A stretch of 62,798 nt of DNA, the filler included, from Choristocarpus tenellus KU-1152 (Eukaryota; Protista; Phaeophyceae): the NCBI GenBank assembly GCA_964200185.2. It is 8 parts of 8 records of this genome, joined end to end, with 100 filler letters (N's around TTAATTAATTAA, not from the genome) between each part and the next. Parts side by side here need not be neighbours in the genome. Positions count along the whole stretch, not along the records: positions 52,567 to 59,194 come from CAXNAD020007718.1; positions 59,295 to 62,798 come from CAXNAD020019577.1; 6 more parts are not named here. One strand, 5' to 3'. Position 1 is the first letter of the stretch. Each line of letters starts with the position of its first letter. Made by a program: the position numbers and the translations under genes. Of this stretch, positions 52,567 to 62,798 are shown one piece after another. The notes under the pieces were generated by a model, which saw only the letters and a program-made list of their open reading frames with translations, made no database searches and was not told where the DNA came from.

Positions 52567-53646
52567 AGTACAGGAGGAAAAAACAAAGGTAGTGGAGACA
52601 GGGGGGGGGGGGAAGGAGGGGAAGGCGACCCCAAAAAAGAGTTCAAATAAAACAAAAACTTATAAAATATAATACAGCAGTATGCAACTGAGAATACAAA
52701 GCAGTGAGGTTGAACCACAAGTAGAAAAAAAAATATATACAATGCACGTCAGCCCAACAAACGATACCTTCCCCCCCAAAATGTGTCATTTTCTTCCAAC
52801 TCCACTGTCAAAAAACAAAAACAAAAAAGCATATACATAACTCAAGACAAACCTCAGGGAGGAGGGGTCGCCTCCACCACTATCCTACCACTGTAGTAGA
52901 GCTTGTCCACTGAAGTTAAACTTAGTACTCACTAAAAAAGACACTGTTTCTAGCATGCAGCTTTCGAGAGAGCCAGTTCAATTCTACACAAAAAAGAAAA
53001 AAGTGTGCTTCTCCACAATAAAATCATTATTATTATTTGAGAGAAGTAAATCATTCAGTTTTCGAGCAGATTTTTTTTTAAAGGTCATGTATAGAGATTT
53101 TTGTATACACACACGTACTGTATACAAACTCTTAAGTAATAGATATATTCATTTAACGTGAAACATTCACTACAAACCTTACCGCCATACCAAATACTAC
53201 CAACACCATTCATTCCACTTGTGTTAGGGTTAGGTCTGTCTCGACAGATTATTCCCTCCTTAGTCAGTTACCAATACATACCACGGATACTCAGTTCTAT
53301 TCTTAACAACTTGAACAAAAATATACCCCCAAGGCCATGCCCTACATCACTGCTTCAGTATTAAAAGAGTCCAATCTTTGATTTTAATAAATACCCTGCG
53401 AAACAAGCTGAAGCAAAAAATTAAAAATATATTTCATTAATTAACCGGGTGTAACCAAAAACGTCCTCAAATAATGCTAAAATAAGATACATCTCAAAAT
53501 AGCACTACTAGCAATAATCCTTGGTAGTACAACGTCTACTTGTGACACCCCAAGGTGTACCTCGTGTCCATCCTTAACCCTAACCCTAACCCCAATGAAT
53601 AACCCAAGGTCACGCCACCTCCCCAACAAAACCTCCTCCGCACTGA

Positions 53647-53699
53647 AACTGCAGTTACAACTACAGTTACAACTACAGTTACAACTACAGTTACAACTA
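53647..53699. repeat. 12-bp minisatellite (AACTACAGTTAC)x~4.5
   Basis: Read directly; it produces the spurious LQLQLQ, SCNC and VVTV ORFs. Confidence 0.9.
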
Positions 53700-53805
53700 G
53701 ACTTCTCAAAACAAAAACAAAACACAGTTGTTCTTGCAATTCATAGCGCTAACTCTCCAGTTAAGCTCTTTCGAAACATTCCATCAATCTATCTCCATCA
53801 CTCAC

Positions 53806-58990
<5,185 letters not shown>

Positions 58991-59160
58991 CTGTGAAGAA
59001 AAGCCAAGCCAGGTTAAACCATAACCCTCATAACTAAGCCAGGAGCAGCAGCTGATCAAGTCGATTTCTAATCCGGTATCATTACATCCACTTCCATAAT
59101 GCTAACCCTAAATCAATAGCATATACTGTTAGATAAAATAGTACTAATAGGTGAAATAAA

Positions 59161-59194
59161 GACCCAAAGTATCTGGGGGGGGGGGGTCTACACC
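59161..59194. mobile_element. MITE family C terminus at contig end
   Basis: GACCCAAAGTATCTG(G)nTCTACACC, as at 11799. Confidence 0.7.
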
Positions 59195-59294
59195 NNNNNN
59201 NNNNNNNNNNNNNNNNNNNNNNNNNNNNNNNNNNNNNNTTAATTAATTAANNNNNNNNNNNNNNNNNNNNNNNNNNNNNNNNNNNNNNNNNNNN
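59195..59294. other. Artificial contig linker
   Basis: N44-TTAATTAATTAA-N44. Confidence 0.98.
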
Positions 59295-62200
59295 CGATGT
59301 CCTCCCCCTCCCTGATGGAAAGTAGGCGCAGACCCAGATAACCCTCCCCCTTGCATCATGTTCCCCTGCCCCCCTCTCCCCTCGATCTCACCGGACCCCA
59401 GGGAACGCCTCCCTCCCCTCCCTTGCGAAATACCCCCTCCAGCAGACTTCGCCCTGCCTACGGTGCTAGATCTGGCAGAGTTGAGGGGGTACACAATGTC
59501 CTGAGCACTACTCCCCTTATTTGAGGCCTTGCCTTTGGTGGCAGAGGGTTCGCCCTTGACACGATTCCTTCCCATGGGGTCGCCCTTGTTCTTACCACCC
59601 GACTCACCGGGACCTCCTCCAGTGTTCTCTCCAGTACCATGACCGTGAACATCCTGGGCAAACTCAGGTGGGATCTGATAAGCAAGGTAGTGTTGGGAAT
59701 AGGGATGAGTGATATTGAAGGGCTTAGAGTGATAGGCACAAGAGGAAAGGGGAGACAGGTAGAGATGTAGAGCGCAAAGGCTTAATGAAGGCAGGAATGA
59801 GGTTCTAAGTGAATGCCGCAGTGGGGCTGTGGTGTACGGTAAATGTTGGGGATATAGTTTGAACATATTGAGCATACTGAGCAAAGAAGGAAGTTAGTGA
59901 CTGCATCTCTTCCACAAAGTACTGCAGGGGGTGGGGGAGGGGGTGGAAAGCCTTGGAGTAGTTCCAACCAACAATCTTACGAACTCATCTAAATTCCCAA
60001 AGCTCCTTAAGGATGGAACATAGACCTCAACACCTCAGGTTCGCCTGTGAGGGCACTACAAACAGCTCACACTGCATATTCAGAGTACAATCATTCCACC
60101 CCAAAGGAAACCCAATTCAACCCTGTCTTTGGGACAGAGGAGATGAGATAGCTCATAAAGTCACCTTCCCACAACCCCCATGCCTATTGCAGTCTATCTT
60201 GAACGTATTCTTGTATCATAGCAGTTGTTGGTGACACAACTGTGAAATAACCATAAATTCATCACCTTTATGGTAGCAGACTGGAACAAAATTACTAGAG
60301 CAACCTGCTTATGGTGACCTCCCTGGCAACCGATTAGACACATGAGACACAATTTTGCACCCTACACATTTCCACTCTACCCACAAAAAAGGTCAACTAA
60401 TAGATACTCCAATGTTGGCACAACCACAACTACTGATCCCCCACCCCAGTCTCTCCTGGAAAAAACGCCATGTCCAAACAAGACGCACTGGATCCAACCC
60501 GTCCAGTTCAATTGTTATTTTGTCGGAGGCTTAAGGAAGTGCCATACAACCATTCATAACTTCAAAAACGGCAACACCATTGCATCAGGATTATAACATA
60601 GATGCTAGACACACCATGCATACACAAGAACGTAAGCTTTCAGTAACATTCCTGTAAAGTTGCTGGAACACTCCTGGTGCTCTCTATCTCACCTCAGGAA
60701 AGTATCCACGTCGAACCTCACTCAGCTGCTCCGGCTTACCCCTTTCAAACAAGGGATGCATGTATCCTCCTGCCTCCGATCCCCGCACTAACTTCCGAAA
60801 CCCATACAGATTGAGCTGCCGCTGAAAGCTGGAGTACTTGTTTTCTGTGAACAGACAACAATACAGACAAGGTTCACTGTCATCACCGAAAACATCACCC
60901 GGGACAGTTACAGATTAAGCTGCCTCTGAAAGGTCAGGTGTTTATTTTCCTTCTGTGAACTAGCAACTCAGAACAGGGCTTATCGTCGTCACTGCAATGC
61001 AAAGCAATGTCTTCCAGATTGCACCACACCTCCTATACCTCCCATTTACAATGTTTACAGTCTTGAGGCACACACATATTTACATGCGCCTATTAGCAAA
61101 CCTCCAATCATTGAAGAGACACAAAGGAGTACCTTGTTGGCTTTCCATGTCTCTCTTGCGCTGTGATGGCATTTCAAGAGTCTGTTATTTCTTGAAAGGT
61201 GCCTGAAAACAGTTGTAACTATCTAAAAAAATAATAATAATCCAAAAAATAAACATATTTAAAACATAGAGAGTAATGGTATGGTTAAGAATAAATTATG
61301 TTCTACTATACAAACAGTAATCAACCACAGAAAATTTGCCATGATGACTTGCAGATAAAAAATATATACAGTAAATTACTGCACATTTAACAAGACAACA
61401 TTCAAATCAATTATCTGGTCGAATTTTCAAATAGCAAGGAAGGGGGACTGTATGTAGAGTGAGAGGGGAAGAGGCACAAATTCATGGAGGCATGGGACAG
61501 AGCCAGTCAGGAAATAAGGACTGCTGAGATTGCTTATTTGAAAATTGAGCTTTCAACTGGTGTGATAGTTGTAGATCTAACGCCAACCCTCCCTAATAAC
61601 GACTACTGTAGGAACCATATTTACTAATGACTTTTTCTATATTTTCCATCAAACAGGACTTGCTTCCTATCACCACTACTGCTTTCTCGTAAAGCAGAAC
61701 AAAATATGACAAGTGATACACACTGGACAAGAATTCATCAGTACTTAAACCACTCGCACACAATTTCAGTGTAAGAATCTATTGAGCAGCTAAAAACAGG
61801 AGTAATGATAAGAGGCCCTTCATCTCACATCATAACTCAAACCATTGCTTGAACACGTCACCCCCACACTTGAAATAACACAACATAGGGAGGTAAACCA
61901 AACTCCAACCCAAGCAGTTGAAAAAAAAAAGTAAGAACTTGCTCCAACGATATCACATGCGTCGCCTTGCAATTCGACTAGGTCCACCGCACCCCTTCTT
62001 GTCATTGGATTAGGATTAGGGCCCATGATATAAAATTCACCCACACCTGGTGGTGAATCTCCACTCACTTGAACCACCCTATCTGATAATGAGCACTTAG
62101 GACCAAATCTGTGAAAATTACAAGTGCCCCTCCCACTATCATACTTGCAAGAAAAAAAAAAAAATCACTTTCATATTTCTATTCATCATTTTAAACATCG

Positions 62201-62502
62201 CTCCACGAGTACTGCACAAAATAAAAAACCTTACAAGCTTTTGTTGCTGTAGCAGAGAATCCCAACCCTTACCCTAGCTCCAACCTCAGCATTTTCCACT
62301 CACGTTTGAAAAATCGGGGCATGATATCACGGCAGAATCTGTCCGAGTCACTTATGCGAAAGGCTCGCCCTGAGGCAGACCATCCAATGATGGACGGATC
62401 TTCTGTCTTCAAGATCTGGAAGAGACCCAGTGCAAATGCTTGCCCCGAGCCCCGCTTGCCGAAACGCTGCTCCTGTTGTCCTTGCGAAGTGGGCGTTCGG
62501 GG
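59295..62502 (-). CDS. HSF-type (heat shock factor) DNA-binding-domain transcription factor, three internal exons
   Basis: Exons 62304-62502 (..QAFALGLFQILKTEDPSIIGWSASGRAFRISDSDRFCRDIMPRFFK), 60693-60844 (QNKYSSFQRQLNLYGFRKLVRGSEAGGYMHPLFERGKPEQLSEVRR..) and 59295-59674 (Gly-rich, truncated). SFQRQLNLYGFRK is the HSF signature. GT-AG introns, phase-compatible. The DNA-binding domain is missed by the ORF track. Confidence 0.93.
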
Positions 62503-62798
62503 CTGTTCCGAAGGAGATTGAAAATGGAAACGGAAAACAAGGGATCAGGGTATACGGAAGACCCAAAACAGGTTTAAGCAATCAAGCACTCTCTGTAGGA
62601 CAGAAATAGAAAAATATGTTTAGGGGCTAGGGTTATCCCCAACCACAACCTCAACACATTGGTGAAGTGAGCTCAAAGATGTCCATCCGCACACATCACA
62701 GATTACACTTGTCAACATCACCTGTCCCATTACTTCCAAAAACTGGGCTTCCTTGAGTAGGAAGGAGTAGGCCACAGACTGAGGGGGGGGGGGGGGGG

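Overview
Eukaryotic nuclear DNA, not prokaryotic. The window is eight unrelated contigs (1-7393, 7494-11929, 12030-16640, 16741-36752, 36853-41541, 41642-52466, 52567-59194, 59295-62798) joined by artificial 100-nt linkers (44 N + TTAATTAATTAA + 44 N). Most ORF-track entries are therefore spurious or single exons. Intron-rich genes, TTAGGG motifs and the RTE-like LINE tail suggest a stramenopile, possibly a brown alga; this is inference only. Spliced genes assembled by hand: TSR1 (last exon), eIF3i (last 4 exons), prolyl-tRNA synthetase (6 internal exons), VDAC porin (first 2 coding exons) and an HSF-domain transcription factor (3 exons). Also found: an ~824-aa membrane protein with a split RanBP2-like zinc finger, a Tudor-like domain and a TMEM185-like C-terminus; a head-to-head pair of orphan coiled-coil genes; and a probable pseudogene. 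The most striking non-coding feature is a set of four MITE-like families sharing the terminus G(A/G)(G/C)NNAAAGTA. They show 3- or 4-bp target duplications, nest in other repeats and sit at many contig ends. Degenerate copia, gypsy, BEL and LINE fragments, short interstitial telomeric motifs, GC-AG introns and AAG acceptors are also present. I found no CRISPR array, tRNA or rRNA, and no clear evidence for a new multi-gene system.
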